A stretch of DNA of 60,250 bases, the filler included, from Hausera hauseri (lineage: Eukaryota), in assembly GCA_046269625.1 (NCBI GenBank). It is 10 parts of 10 records of this genome, joined end to end, with 100 filler letters (N's around TTAATTAATTAA, not from the genome) between each part and the next. Parts side by side here need not be neighbours in the genome. Positions count along the whole stretch, not along the records: positions 32,941 to 38,803 come from JBJURY010177973.1; positions 38,904 to 43,376 come from JBJURY010564005.1; positions 43,477 to 51,525 come from JBJURY010804309.1; 7 more parts are not named here. The stretch is one strand, 5' to 3'. Positions within the stretch are counted from its first letter, which is position 1. The number at the start of each line of letters is the position of its first letter. Shown one piece after another: positions 34,779-47,679 of the stretch. Both the position numbers and the translations under genes were made by a program. The notes beneath the pieces were generated by a model that saw only the letters and a list, made by a program, of their open reading frames with translations, searched no databases and had not been told where the DNA came from.

Positions 34779-37700
34779 TGTTACAGTAATTGTAGTAAGT
34801 CAAACGTTGTAAATAAGTAGCAGTAATTAGAATATTATTTACTATAAGAGACAGCTGTTGATTTGTAAATATTGATTTTAATTTATTATTGATTTGAATA
34901 GCATACGGTGAATTGTTAATTGAAAAATTGTTAGACAAATGTCGAGAAGCTAAAACCACTTGTTGAACTAAATGTTAGGAATTGAAATTAATTGAAAGGA
35001 AACGACACCCACACTGAATCAACTAGTATATAAAGACTGAGCTAAATGAAGATAAGCATTATCTTAACATCGACTGTAGCGTCGACTAGAGCAAAATTCA
35101 AATAAGAAAATTCTATTGTGAGAAACTAAAACCGAAGACGAGGCCATATTTTCAGTTGATTGATATCATTAACTTTGCGACACTTCGTAATCGATACTGT
35201 TTATATTTGGTAATTGTGTTAATATATTGTTTATATTCTTAAAAGTTCTCTAAATAGTTTTACATCTGCACTTAAAGCTGATTAGCGTTACCCTAAGTAT
35301 TAAATTATCACTTAACTTACATAGTTACTAGATTTGTCAATATACGCACAGGACACGGCATTTATCCACTGCATTTACGCAATATCGACATATTAGGCAC
35401 ATTCGTTTAACGAGAACGTTAAACCGAATTTGCATATAGCGGTTTCAATTCAAGTGTAACGTTATATATAAGGGGAGAGAGTTAAGGGTAACCCTAATAT
35501 ATAACATTTGGTGACCCTAGCAGGACAGTTTGTGCCTAGGTAGATACAATTCAGAGTTTATTAACGACATACCGGCGATCAGCGCCAATACACCGATTAA
35601 TTGTGAGAAAATTAAACTTTGGGATATAAGTTATCAGACTTAAAATTAAAAGGATAATTAAGGACGAATACTGACAATCAAATAAACGGTAAAGATAAAT
35701 AACCTATACGTGAGACACGTAGAGTTATATATAGAGCAAATTCTGAAACCAGAATTAACATAGAAACAAACGGTAAGTTTAAACTTCCTCAACTTAAGAA
35801 TAAACCTTACAAGAATAAAACAGATATGGCAGCAGATAATCCGGCCATAGCACAGAAGCTCGACATTGACATATGATTCTTTGAATTTGCCGGCATACGA
35901 TGGCGATCCAGACGGATTAAACGATTTTCTGAGAACTTATAAATTGCACGCGGATGGTGCTAGTCTCACTCCTGAAGTAGAAATAAAACGCTTATCAATA
36001 TATCTTAAGAACTTAGCTGCCGATGCTTATAGTGTGCTTACCAATGACGAAAAGAAATCTTGGTCCTCTCTGGTAGGAGCATTAAACCGTAAACTATTGC
36101 CAACAATAACGCCGCAACAGAAACCTATGGCATTTCAAAACAGAGTGCAACAGAAGTGTGAATCGGTAACCCAGTTTGCATTTGCATTGAAGAAACTCGC
36201 TAATAATTATGTAAGTACCTTGAGAATGGCCAACGTAGCAAAAGCTAAGACATACGCAGAACGTAATACTGCGGAAAAGCGACATCGCCAGATTTAGACG
36301 TCATGATGACGACTCAGTTAATAAATGGCATATGGTCAAGAGATCTAGTTAAACAGTTAATTTTGGCCAGACCCGATAATTTTGTGAGGCCGATACAATT
36401 AGCTCAAGACTTGGAAATGGCATTGGAACGATATGCTTAGCAAGGTGACAAATACGAAAGGAACAATGACCGTAATAATCAGAATAGAAACGAGAACCAA
36501 GACAACAGACGATTTAGTGATAATACCCGAAATCGAGGTTTTGATAATAGGAACAGAAATCAGAGACAATAGAAATTTTAGTAATAATCGGAATACATTC
36601 AGCTTATATAATAAATCGGGTTATAATCCGGACAGGAACCAAGCTAGCTACCGAATAAATAATAAATATAGGGATAATCGAAGTAATGAAAACAGATATG
36701 ACGGAGATAACAGACATATCACAGAGCCAAAATTAGAATATAAACAGATCAAAATCATCCGTGAACGAAGATGGCCGACAAAGGATTGGTCGAAATGGGA
36801 ATTTAATTTGTTTTACATGTGGCAAAGAAGGATATATTGCTAGGTCATGTCCAAATCCTAGAAGTGTCGCATTTACTGAACCGAACAAAACAAGTATGAT
36901 TAAAAATAACTTAGAAGCCATCTATGGTAAACGAGGTGGTATAAGCATGATTATTGAAATGTAAGACCTGCGTAGGTCTGTAAGGAATCTAGGTGAAACT
37001 ACTTATCCTCAAGTCATAAAAGCTAGAAGAGTATGAAGAGAAATTACGACTAATGGAAGTCTATTCCGGACTAAGAGAACCACAAACCAAAGAAGAATAT
37101 GCACTGACACCAAATAATACTAATATGGCGCGTAAAAAGTCTATTTCCCAAGGGATAGCCCACTCATAGAATCTAACGACGTCTCAGAATGTCGACTTAG
37201 ACGCAGAATCCGAAAAGTACAACCCAGATGAAACGACAGATGAAGTCGAAAGTGAATTCATTGGGCCTTTAGTTCTCAAAATAACGAAGAATAAGGGTAG
37301 AAGCCCATCGCCCAAGAGAATCCAAGACTCGCTCACGCTCTCCCGTTAAAAAGAACGAGGAAGAAAATGAAGACATCTATACTGCTATCTTAGGAGACGA
37401 CTCGGCTTTAGATACGCCCGAGGGAACATCAGAAACGTTGGAAACACCAGATATAACAAACATTAATGACGAAATTAATGAAATTTGTCCGCTTCCCGCT
37501 AGTGAGGAAGAAACAGAAGATAGTAATGATTTTGATGCGAGAAAATGGAAAGTTCGATGTTCATGGAAGAATGCCGACGAACTAAAGAGAATGAGAATTA
37601 GGTGTCACGATCCAGAGATACTCCGACACAATTTAGAAAGACTTAAATAGATCAGTAAACAAGCAGATATATCTGGTAAAGAGCGACAATTTGCGGAGAA

Positions 37701-38803
37701 ATTATATAAAAGTTTAAAATTATGCAACGAAGGAAAGCTCGACGAAGCAATCGAATTAAGACAACCCGAAGAGGTGACACGAGATACGTTGATGAAATGG
37801 AACCATGAATTAGAGTCGTGAATTAAAAGTGGAGTCGAATTTTCGGAAGGATGGAGTAAAGACGAAGATATTCTCGGTGTCAAAGTCGTTTAAGCGCAAA
37901 CACTACTATCTATGTTAGAGGCTAATCCCAAGCTGAAGAGAGTAGCTAGTAACTTAGAACGTAAGATGGATGAAATCCGTAATGCAATGATCAACCGGCT
38001 TAGACAAAAACCGATTGGTATTCAAAAAGATACTGATTTAGAAATATTGGGTATAGACCCGATAGATATTCCTCTCTTACTGGAGATGATAAAAATTGCC
38101 TTTACCGAGCCCAGACGATATAAGAACTTTGAGAATTGTATTAAAATGGAGAATGAAAATAGGTCACATATCAACAGTTTGAGAAATCGAATTATGTTAA
38201 TGAATAACGAGGAAACCAAATACATAAAAAAGGCGTGCATCATAGAATTCTATGAATATAAGGACGAATTCAACTACGTTAGTCAGATCATGAATTTTAT
38301 AAAAGGTCCAGATGATAAACTAAAGGGTGCATATAAGATGCTGGACAAAGCAATATTAGCAAAGCCAATAACCGCCAATCAATTGTCGGAATGGTCCGAA
38401 CTATTAACGAGATTAAGCAAATTAGTAGAAGAACGTAAGAAAGAATTTCCAGAAAGCGATCCTTCTGTAAAAAGGCAACTAAAAGAAAGTGGACGTAAAT
38501 TAAACACTATACAGGCAAAAATAGACATCCGGACAGGGTTCGAAGCATTACGACGATTAATCTTTACGAAGAAGAAGCAAGAAATGACAATATTGGAAGA
38601 AATATATAAAATGATCGAAGAAACGAATTTTACAGTAAAACAAAATATGACTTGCAATTTTCACTCAAGGTTAAGAAGCATCTAACGAGAAGAAATCCAA
38701 CATTTAACAGAGAAACCTATCGACGAGATTTCAATCTAGGATATCGAAACCCTAGGTATTTGTCCAGAACATAGAGCAGCCCTAACAGAAGCAGTAATAT
38801 TCT
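34779..38803 (+). mobile_element. LTR retrotransposon 5' half: LTR 34779-35506, PBS 35509-35526, extended gag
   Basis: TGTTA...TAACA termini, TATATAAA near 35027, PBS TGGTGACCCTAGCAGGAC, gag capsid-like LPAYDGD..FL..Y, QQK.ESVTQFAFALKKLA, knuckle CFTCGKEGYIARSC; frameshifts and stops. Confidence 0.9.
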
Positions 38804-40324
38804 NNNNNNNNNNNNNNNNNNNNNNNNNNNNNNNNNNNNNNNNNNNNTTAATTAATTAANNNNNNNNNNNNNNNNNNNNNNNNNNNNNNNNNNNNNNNNN
38901 NNNTTATTGGTATATTACCACAAGAGATATCTAAAATGTGTTCGGCAAAGACATCTAGAATTAAAAATAGAGCAGAAGATCTATGCAAGATCAGGAAAAA
39001 TATGGATAGTCGAAAGAATATTATAAATTCTACCGTAAAGACTGCTAATGAAGGTTTAGATTTTAAGTGGTATCGGAGCTTCATTGTTCTTGAACGTGGT
39101 ATTTATTCTGCTACCGCACGGACTAGAGAAAGACTCTCATTACCTGGTCGTCGATTACGGAGTCAAGGGCCGATAGTTAATTGGACGACTACAAATATAT
39201 GCTACCGTGACTTATCCTCATTTGAGATGTTGCGAATTACGCAAAAGGTACTAAAGTGTGGTTTGAATATTATCGTTATTTTCCGCATTTTTTATTCTGG
39301 ATGTCTGATTGTCGATTCGAGCTGTCTGATTGTTGGTATGCATGAAAAAATCAAAGTGACTGAGTTGGTAATAGCATTTAAAGGTAGAGAGAATCCCCCG
39401 GAGAGGAGCACTCCGAAAAAAAATGGCTACGTATGTTTGTAAAGTTAACTTAAATGTATTTTTATATAATTATATATTTTAAGGGGGGTTTAGAATTTGA
39501 AGAGAATTATAGAACGAGATTCAGAGGATTCGAGATGGGCGAAAAGATGGTAGTGGTAGAATTCTGCAACAAAGGGTTGGAGACGTTTCAAGGCAAGATA
39601 GAAGTATTATGCACGGGGTCATACATCGATGCGACACGAAAGAAGGCACGTTCTCAACGATGTGAGGTTCCTATACATTTGGGGGAATTGTTGTTGGGGG
39701 GAAGATTGATGAGGAAAAGAGAATTCTGGAGATCAAAGAAGGGACTATTAAGGTCCAGTGGAAAATCGAATGACGAGATATCTAGAAGTAACATGGAAGA
39801 CACTGAAAGGAATATAGCTAGTTATCTGTGGGAAATAACGTGGGACGCTAGAATGAATTTATCGCGTACATATCATAAAGGTGTTCTTTCAAGCGGTCTT
39901 AAATACAATGCTTTAATTTGATAACATTTAATCATTGACCTTTAATGCCATAACAATTAACATATGCACTTGTTATCAATTGACATTGTAGAAAATGGCC
40001 CAATGATTGATTGAAACACGACTTGTAGCGTCAGCAACAATTGTACTTTCGTTTTGAATTTTTTGTACAAGCAATGACATTTAACAAAAATTCTTTTTTT
40101 TAATTCAATAAAATTGAAACTAAAAGACAACGCGTCAGAGTTCAATTGCTTTTCAATCCTTAAGAGGCTTTTGTGAACGTGAGATGTTGTTTATGATCCA
40201 GCTGAATCTCTATTATTGAAGTTTTGGAATTTTTATCATTTTGAAGCATTGACGAAATAACTCATGATGCCTGTCAAATAATTTTCATCGTTCCAATTGT
40301 TTTCTGTACTTTCTTGAATTCGGT

Positions 40325-40830
40325 ACCAGTGAAATTATTTGCTTCGTTGTAATAAGCACGCATATCTTGCATATTAGAGTCAGTAACTGAAAGTCGTTTA
40401 TGACAGAAAAGCTTTTCATGATGGAAGGGAACGTTGTTTGTAACATTTAGAATATGAGTTATTTACTTCTCTTGCAAAATATCGAGATCATTCGAATACA
40501 TTTCATTGCCTAAGTAAAGAGACGACAACATCTCTGTCATTGTAGCGTTAAGTACGTCTGCTGATTTATTTAATTCATTTGTTGGACTGTAATGGTATTG
40601 CTCAAATTTATTCTCATGGATAGCCAATATAATAATTTATTTAGGTGAATATTTAATAGATTCTTCAAATCCTCCTGTCAAGAAATAGACGTCACTACAA
40701 CTGCATTTGATACATTCGATAAAATCTTTAATCAGTGAAGTTTCGTCTCATTTTTGATTATAGACCACAATGAGATCACAAGATTTTATCCGTTCTGAGA
40801 ACGTTCTACAATTTTTCTTTGCTTTCAACA
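40325..40830 (-). pseudogene. DUSP10/MKP5-like MAPK phosphatase fragment (rhodanese end plus start of catalytic domain)
   Basis: LIVVYNQ..DVYFLTGGFEE..Y.P, then TEMLSSLYLGNE..SNDLDILQ..ITHILNVT..HKRLSVTDSNMQDMRAYYNEANNF (cf. DUSP10 [24 protein letters not shown]); contains stops; no HCxxGxxR seen. Confidence 0.8.
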
Positions 40831-41440
40831 TCATAGCTCGAGTATGTTCGGATGACGTAGTAAAAATGTATTGTAAATATGCATTTCCCGTGCCCAACTT
40901 GTCTCATTACGAATAGAAAAGATTTTAACGGCCACAAATTCAATGTAGTAAGCACCTTTCCATACTTCACCAAATCGACCTTTCCCAATTGCACTGATTA
41001 GTTGACCTTGTCTGGCGACTGTTCGCTGTACGAGAAACGGCATACCGGAATCTCTGCCACTCGTGTATGAATCGCACTGTCAAGTCTGCTGATGCGGACT
41101 GAAGTGTGTCAATCCGCCTTCGGTCAACGGTAGAATGACGCTAAAATTATCGACGAATCGACTACCGCCATTCGATTGCAAACAATTGTCAAAGCACGGT
41201 TTAAGAAACGACGATGGGGGATTAGCACGAAGTTCCGATGGTGTTGTGTTGTTGATTTCTGTCTTCAATGTTAAATTGGAATAAATTTTCAAATATTTCG
41301 TCGGGCTGTTATGGTGTTTGCTTAAGATAGCTAGGCGAATAGTGATGACGAGCATAACCAAAATGCATAACGGCAGAATAATTTTCACGGAGATATAGTA
41401 GTAATCAAAATATGCAGTTGACATAGACTTATGAACTGAT
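40831..41440 (-). pseudogene. TGF-beta/activin type I receptor fragment (TM, GS box, kinase N-lobe)
   Basis: IILPLCILVMLVITI (TM); [59 protein letters not shown]; truncated there. Confidence 0.9.
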
Positions 41441-41829
41441 GATTCCTCACCGACGTTCGAACTCAAGTGGGGTGCCCACATTGCCCCATGCAAGAATAAC
41501 AGTATATAAATCTACATATGGGACATTGTAAGTAAAAGGTGTTGTTTGAATATTAATGAATCAATATATTGTTGATGTAGAATAAATGATATCTAGCTAA
41601 TTGAATATTTTCAAAATTCTCCTCATTCATCATTGTTTGTTCAATTTTTTGTGTTTATTCCAATAAGTTGGAGAAATTTCAAAACAAAAGTCGCGTATTA
41701 CTACAACTCGATCTGTCACTGTCTCATATTTCGTGGATCACAATTTTTATAATCGAATAAAACTGATCAAATTCTGGAGGACTAATATCTATCCAAAAAT
41801 ATTAAATTGACGGATATAACATGAGTGAT

Positions 41830-43376
41830 TTTATAGGAATTAAGGGTAATTCCACAAACAACGGAGAAATTTTTAACCATTCAGGCAAATATACAGTGTT
41901 CATTTAAAAAGTCAGTTTCCGTTCGATTTCTGGACTCCTTGCAGTTTTTACCGGCTTTACTTAAAACTTTAGCGTCGAACTCAGTTACCTATCCATTTAC
42001 TGCGTCGGTTTTTCAATCTGATATCATTAATGGAAAAGGGATTTTTCCATATACTGCAGCCAAATCTTTCAGTGACTTGCAGTCGATTTCTGAAGTACCA
42101 CAAAAATGGGATGGTGTTAGTGACAGTGATTATGAGGAAGCACAAGTGGCTTGGTCGAAATATAGTTGTACCTGTCTTTTAGATTATATGTTACTATACA
42201 TGAAACTGGATGTACACTTGTTAAGTGATGTTTTTGAGCTATATAGAAAAGTGTTTGTGCTGCAGGATAATCTAAAGTCTACTAACTTTGTCTCCATTCC
42301 AGGTTTAAGTTGGGCAACAGCGCTAAATACAAGTCCGTGTAAGATCGAGCTCATTCAGAATCCTAAAACGTACCGTTTCTTTTAATCTGGTATTCGCAGT
42401 GGTATGACTTTGTAAATAAGCATATGGTTACCACTGATGAAAGCATCAGTCTCTTGTATATATATGTAAATAACTTATATGGCTGGGCCTTATCTTAACC
42501 TTTGCCGTTTGCGAATTTGACGTGGGTTTATGATGAGGAAAAATTAAATAGTCTTGTTGAGCAGTTGCCTTATGTTGACTGTGTTAAGGAAAAACGGGGC
42601 TTAGTGCTTGATATTGACATAAGTATTCCGTCTGACAAACATGACAGATTAGATCAATTGTTTTTAGCTCCGATTAATCAATGTCCACCTGGCTCAAGAG
42701 TTAAGAAAATGTTGTTGCCACACGAGCGTAAAACCAACTATGTGATTCACTATCGGCTTTTTTAGTTTTTCATTGAGTCAGGTGTTGTTGTTAAGAAAGT
42801 TCATCGGGCTTATTACATATAAGAAGCAGTTTAAGGAGAGCATTATTATAGCTGATAATCTAGTTGCCGTTCTTCTCGATAAAGATATGATTGTGTTAGA
42901 TAGGCCCTCATACAACGGTCAGGGAGTACGTGATCTGTTGAAGTTACTGATATATGAGTTGAACTATATCGAGTTAAAAATGTACAGGCGATAGTTTAAC
43001 TGCGGGATTGATATCATTGCCGATGGCACGGACAGCTTCTTTCTTGAGCGCCGTTGTCTTGATTTTGCGATCACAGCGTTAACAAGCAATGTTAGCTACT
43101 GAAGAGTTGGACACTTCCAACTATAATGTGAATGATCCACGTATTCATCTCGATTCTCAGCTGTTACTGGGAAATTTAAATATGAAAGTAACGGTTATGT
43201 TGAATATCAAGAGGGGACTTTCTTACGGCCAAAATCATGTGCTCTGAAAACACTGAACAAACCAGTCTTAAAATTCAAAGAGATCAATCTGAATCAGACA
43301 CATTTACATTACAACAGTTATCTGCAGGCATACGAAACTGGTTATGGGACAGTGGATGAACAGGAGAGAAATGGTA
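41830..43376 (+). mobile_element. Polinton-type pPolB remnant, internally deleted
   Basis: IPQTTEKFL, RFLDSLQFL, KGIFPY, YMKLDVHLLSDVF, QCPPGSRVKK, LDRPSY.GQ, DTSNY, FLRPKS; the K-x3-NS-x-YG segment is missing near 42820. Confidence 0.9.
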
Positions 43377-43476
43377 NNNNNNNNNNNNNNNNNNNNNNNN
43401 NNNNNNNNNNNNNNNNNNNNTTAATTAATTAANNNNNNNNNNNNNNNNNNNNNNNNNNNNNNNNNNNNNNNNNNNN

Positions 43477-44803
43477 GTGTGCCGAATTCAAGGAGACGGA
43501 CATAAAGAGCCTCTAAGACAACCGCATTACGTGGCTTGTGTCTGCGGATCACGGTGCAGAACACAAACCACGCTCTGCTACCATAAAATGGAAAATCTAT
43601 GTATAAAGAGTAAGAGGAAATTTTTTGGATATTAATTATATCATTGTTGGAGTTAAGAAGGGTGATCGTCAAGATGTAGTGTCCGTTAGAATATACAAAA
43701 ACGATTATCAATTTATTGTCCAATATAACCTTAGTGGGATTATAATTACAATTCTTTTTAACTTTAGATAATGATGATCTTTCAGTTGTGTCATCGTATA
43801 AAACTATTCCTATGACAACACCCTTTCTCTTTTCAATGTACAAAGCTATGTCAGTTTCTTTTTCATTATTTTGTACTAACGTCAATCTTATAATACGTTT
43901 CATCCTGATTTCTATTAATAATCTATCATTTATAATTTTACCTTCATTCAAACTTGCGATTCCATTCACTCTCTGTACAACATACATACTCCCTTTCATT
44001 TTGTGTATGTTAAATTCAAACACACAAATACACGCACTTTCAACACTCATTCTACGGGCCCCATCGACGCACGAAGAACAAGAGAACAAGTAACGATAAT
44101 AACTGTTATAATGTACAATACCTTTCAATTCATCATAAACCATCTGAAACCATTTTCCTATTCGTTCATTATCGTACACTCTCTTTTTCCTCGTCTTGTC
44201 CCCTCTTTCCAAATCTTTTAACTGGCGTTTGTATATGTTCAATTCTCTGATGATCGGATTTTTACCAATTGCGAAATTCTTTGTCTCCTCTTCAAGAGTT
44301 CCTTTATAACTTTTATGGCTATTAATATATATTAGTTTAATACAAACTAACGGTAGTTCAAGGTTTTTCTGCCTATCTTTTTTCTTCAATTGGACATATA
44401 CCGTCTTCTCTTCCAATTCAAAATTTTCTTTTATTTTATCTTTCGTAACCGTATCTTTATGATCTTTATCATCATCGACTTTACTGACGTACATCATCAA
44501 TTCATAAACTTTCGTCTTGGACGCCTTTTTATTCATAAATTTTCTCCACTGTTTGTAATCAGACTTCATTGTTTTGCTTAAAGTTAATTTCATCATGTGA
44601 ACATTATAATATTTCGAATCATTCTGCATGTAATTTCTCTTGTGTCCCTTGATTTCGTGCATATATCTTCGTTCTATTTTTTGTGGAATCGACACTTTAA
44701 CGTACGAAGAACGAGAGAACGAGTAACGATAACAACTGCTTTTCTCCGTGAATATTTTATCGTTCGACGATACCAACTTTTCTGTATTCATCATAGTTTT
44801 CAA
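43477..44803 (-). CDS. Orphan intronless ORF, more than 440 aa, Lys-rich, open into the contig end
   Basis: 1.33 kb without a stop in very AT-rich DNA; no family recognised. Confidence 0.45.
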
Positions 44804-45589
44804 TCTAATCCTTTTTATCGTATTTTAAATTTTTTGAATTCATTGATTTATTGGTGATCTTTTTTTTGCCTTAGATTTATTTCCATGACGGTATAACAAT
44901 ATTATTGTATTACGATTTTACCCTTTATTTTGCAAATGCTACCATTCAAATATCAGCTATCTATAAAATTACATAACGTACACAGTGCTGGCTAAACTGT
45001 TTATTAACGCATGTTTTATATATAATACCGTCCCGTTCTTCATGTCAAGACTAGAAAGCTGACGTTGAATAAGCAAACTATAGAGAATTCAAATAACAAA
45101 ATAACGTTAAGGCATCGTTCATGGTGTAGATCTGTGTGACTGTATTAATGTATCATTGAAACTCGGTAGTCGATATGTATATATATATACACACACATAT
45201 GTACATATATACAACGTATATTTGTACGTGATAAGTTGTTTGTACCTGTCGCATTCTGAGTGCAATAAAACTGTTCGTTCGTTTCTCGGAGTATTGTGAA
45301 CACTGCCATTACATTCTGTTCATTAAGCATCCAACCTAAGTAAGACATGGTCATAATTCTAGATTCGTCAGTCGAGCATTTAATAGTCATTTTTACATTG
45401 TCTCGTCGGTGTTATCTTTCAGCGTAGTCACCGCTAATGGATTTTATTAACCGGTTGTTTTGATGGAGTTGCCATACTCCATCCTTAACGTCCCTTCTTA
45501 TAACTAATATGACAACAGTGACCGTCCCCCGCTCTCCAGTCCCCGGTCGTCAACGGAGCCCGTATATCATTTTTAATCATTCTCACATT

Positions 45590-45710
45590 TTACTCTATAC
45601 ATCTATGTACATATGCACACGCACACGTATATACATATACATACACATACATACATACACATACATATATATATACACATATATAATTTTATATATACAT
45701 ATATACAACC
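45590..45710. repeat. (TA/CA/CATA)n compound microsatellite (smaller one at 45174-45215)
   Basis: Directly visible. Confidence 0.9.
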
Positions 45711-45902
45711 CCCTATACCTCTTCCGTTGGGGTTTGACCGGATTCCCCAACCAGTCGATCTAGTTCTAACAACGAGAATTAAAACAAAACTCTAATAAAT
45801 AATCGACATGAAGTTTATATTAATCACGTTTGACCAATGGTTTTCTTTTCTTTTTCCCTTCGATTTTGAAACCAGGTGGTTAGCTAAATTGAACAAATTA
45901 AT

Positions 45903-46181
45903 TTAATCTCGAAGTAATTTACTATTACCTGATTTGTTTTCATTTAAATATTTGTTAAGTGCGAATTCTTTTTCTAACACGGCCTTTACTTTTTCATCTA
46001 CAAATATTCTCTTCGTTTGAGTTGAATCTGGATTGATCTGTTTTACAAAAAATTTATCTTTAAACAAAATTCGATCGCAACATTCGCAGTAAAATATTTT
46101 TTCGTCATTAACCAATAAACGGAAATCATGTAATTTCTCGTTTTCGTCATCTGAACAATCTGGTCCTGTGCAACTTTTCAT
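45903..46181 (-). mobile_element. Possible Helitron/Helentron N-terminal remnant
   Basis: FRLLVND..IFYCECCDRILFKD resembles the F..I...P.Y.C..C.R..F motif upstream of Helitron Rep domains; no Rep or helicase seen. Confidence 0.35.
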
Positions 46182-47679
46182 GAATCTTACTAAATGGCAT
46201 ACAGTTATTTTATAATAACTAATTTTCTTTTTAATAAATAAATTTAACGAATAAAACTAATTATGCAATCCAATAAATTAATCCTAATTGGGCTAAACTT
46301 CATGAATAGTTTTACACACAAGCATGTTTCACATACATACAATATATGACCGAGCCAGTAATGAGTCATACAAATATAATAGCTTTATAGTACTGAGCCG
46401 AGCCAGTGGCTCATAAAGACTCATTTAGTGAGTGAAAAAGACAATTGTTATACAAACTTTTATAATAAATTTATAATGTATAATTCAGTCTTAGAATCAT
46501 CTAGTGACGTTAATGTCGGTTTGGTAGAAACGCGATCTACTAACAATATCTATATCTGTTTTTTGTAATTATTAAATATGCAATTATCAATTTATTTAAT
46601 TGTGCAAGCACAAGTTCATTACCACCATCCGTCAATCTATAACTTAGTAAATCAAAAGTTCGGCGATGTAGTAAATGGCAATGTATCAATGATAAAGTAG
46701 AAACCATTTCTAAATAAAATACAAGGTGGGTTATCATAAAATCTTAATAACTGTTTATTATTTATAAAATCGTCGTTTTCATGTACTTTTTCCGTTGGAT
46801 CATGCGTCAGTTCACACAAGTAGTAGCACTTTATAGTGGTTCAGAAAGAAAATGTTTTATCGTATTTGCAACGTTCGCCTGATATATAGATATTTATGTA
46901 TAATCATAAAAAGCCGTTTGCACGAAAATAGTAGACAGTTGAAAAACGTAAAACATTTTATAAGACCTATTCAAAGTGCCTGTACTACTATTGACAGAAC
47001 AATTATTCTGTATTTGCTAAACACTATGCCAAATTATACATCCAAAGACATAAATCGCTGAAGCAGATACTGATACATTGCATAGCTTGTTGGGATGATC
47101 AGGTGATCAGCAAACATCGGATTTCAGTGTAAATAGCCGACACTAATATCCAATGTTTTGCAGATCACCCGGTATTTATATCAAACCGTTTCTATAATTA
47201 TGTACATCAATTATCATTTATGATTTTGATCTGTATATGTGCATTTCTAATTCAATTTACAATTTGTTTGTATATTTATATTTCTTCATTATAATTATAC
47301 AGAGCTAAAGTTAACATAACTCTCTATTGCATTGTGGTCCCGTTTGGCGCCATCAACAAAAAACGTCTGTCAGCCTACAAATTCTTTGCTGCAACGAAAC
47401 TGCTTTTAGTCCATATCAAAGCGAATGCTTATAAATAAACTTTTGTGAACAAAAAAAATCTCTAATCCATCGGTATACTGATTGCATTTTTACATTGAAA
47501 TTACAATTCATCCAATAGACGGTTAAATTATGACTGTATACTATAGATCTAATCACACCCACAAAATGTTTCCCTCTTGTTTTTAAAACACGCACTATGT
47601 CTCTAATGCTGTAGTAGATATTTCAGCAGATGTCGCTGTTGAATGTAAAGAAAAAACTTTTAATTATATTCTTTTAGAT

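Noticed and set aside
38904-40145. ORFs of 168 and 155 aa and a possible OB-fold snippet (IVADATSRVSINHW)
   Set aside because: No recognisable family; too short or ambiguous to support.
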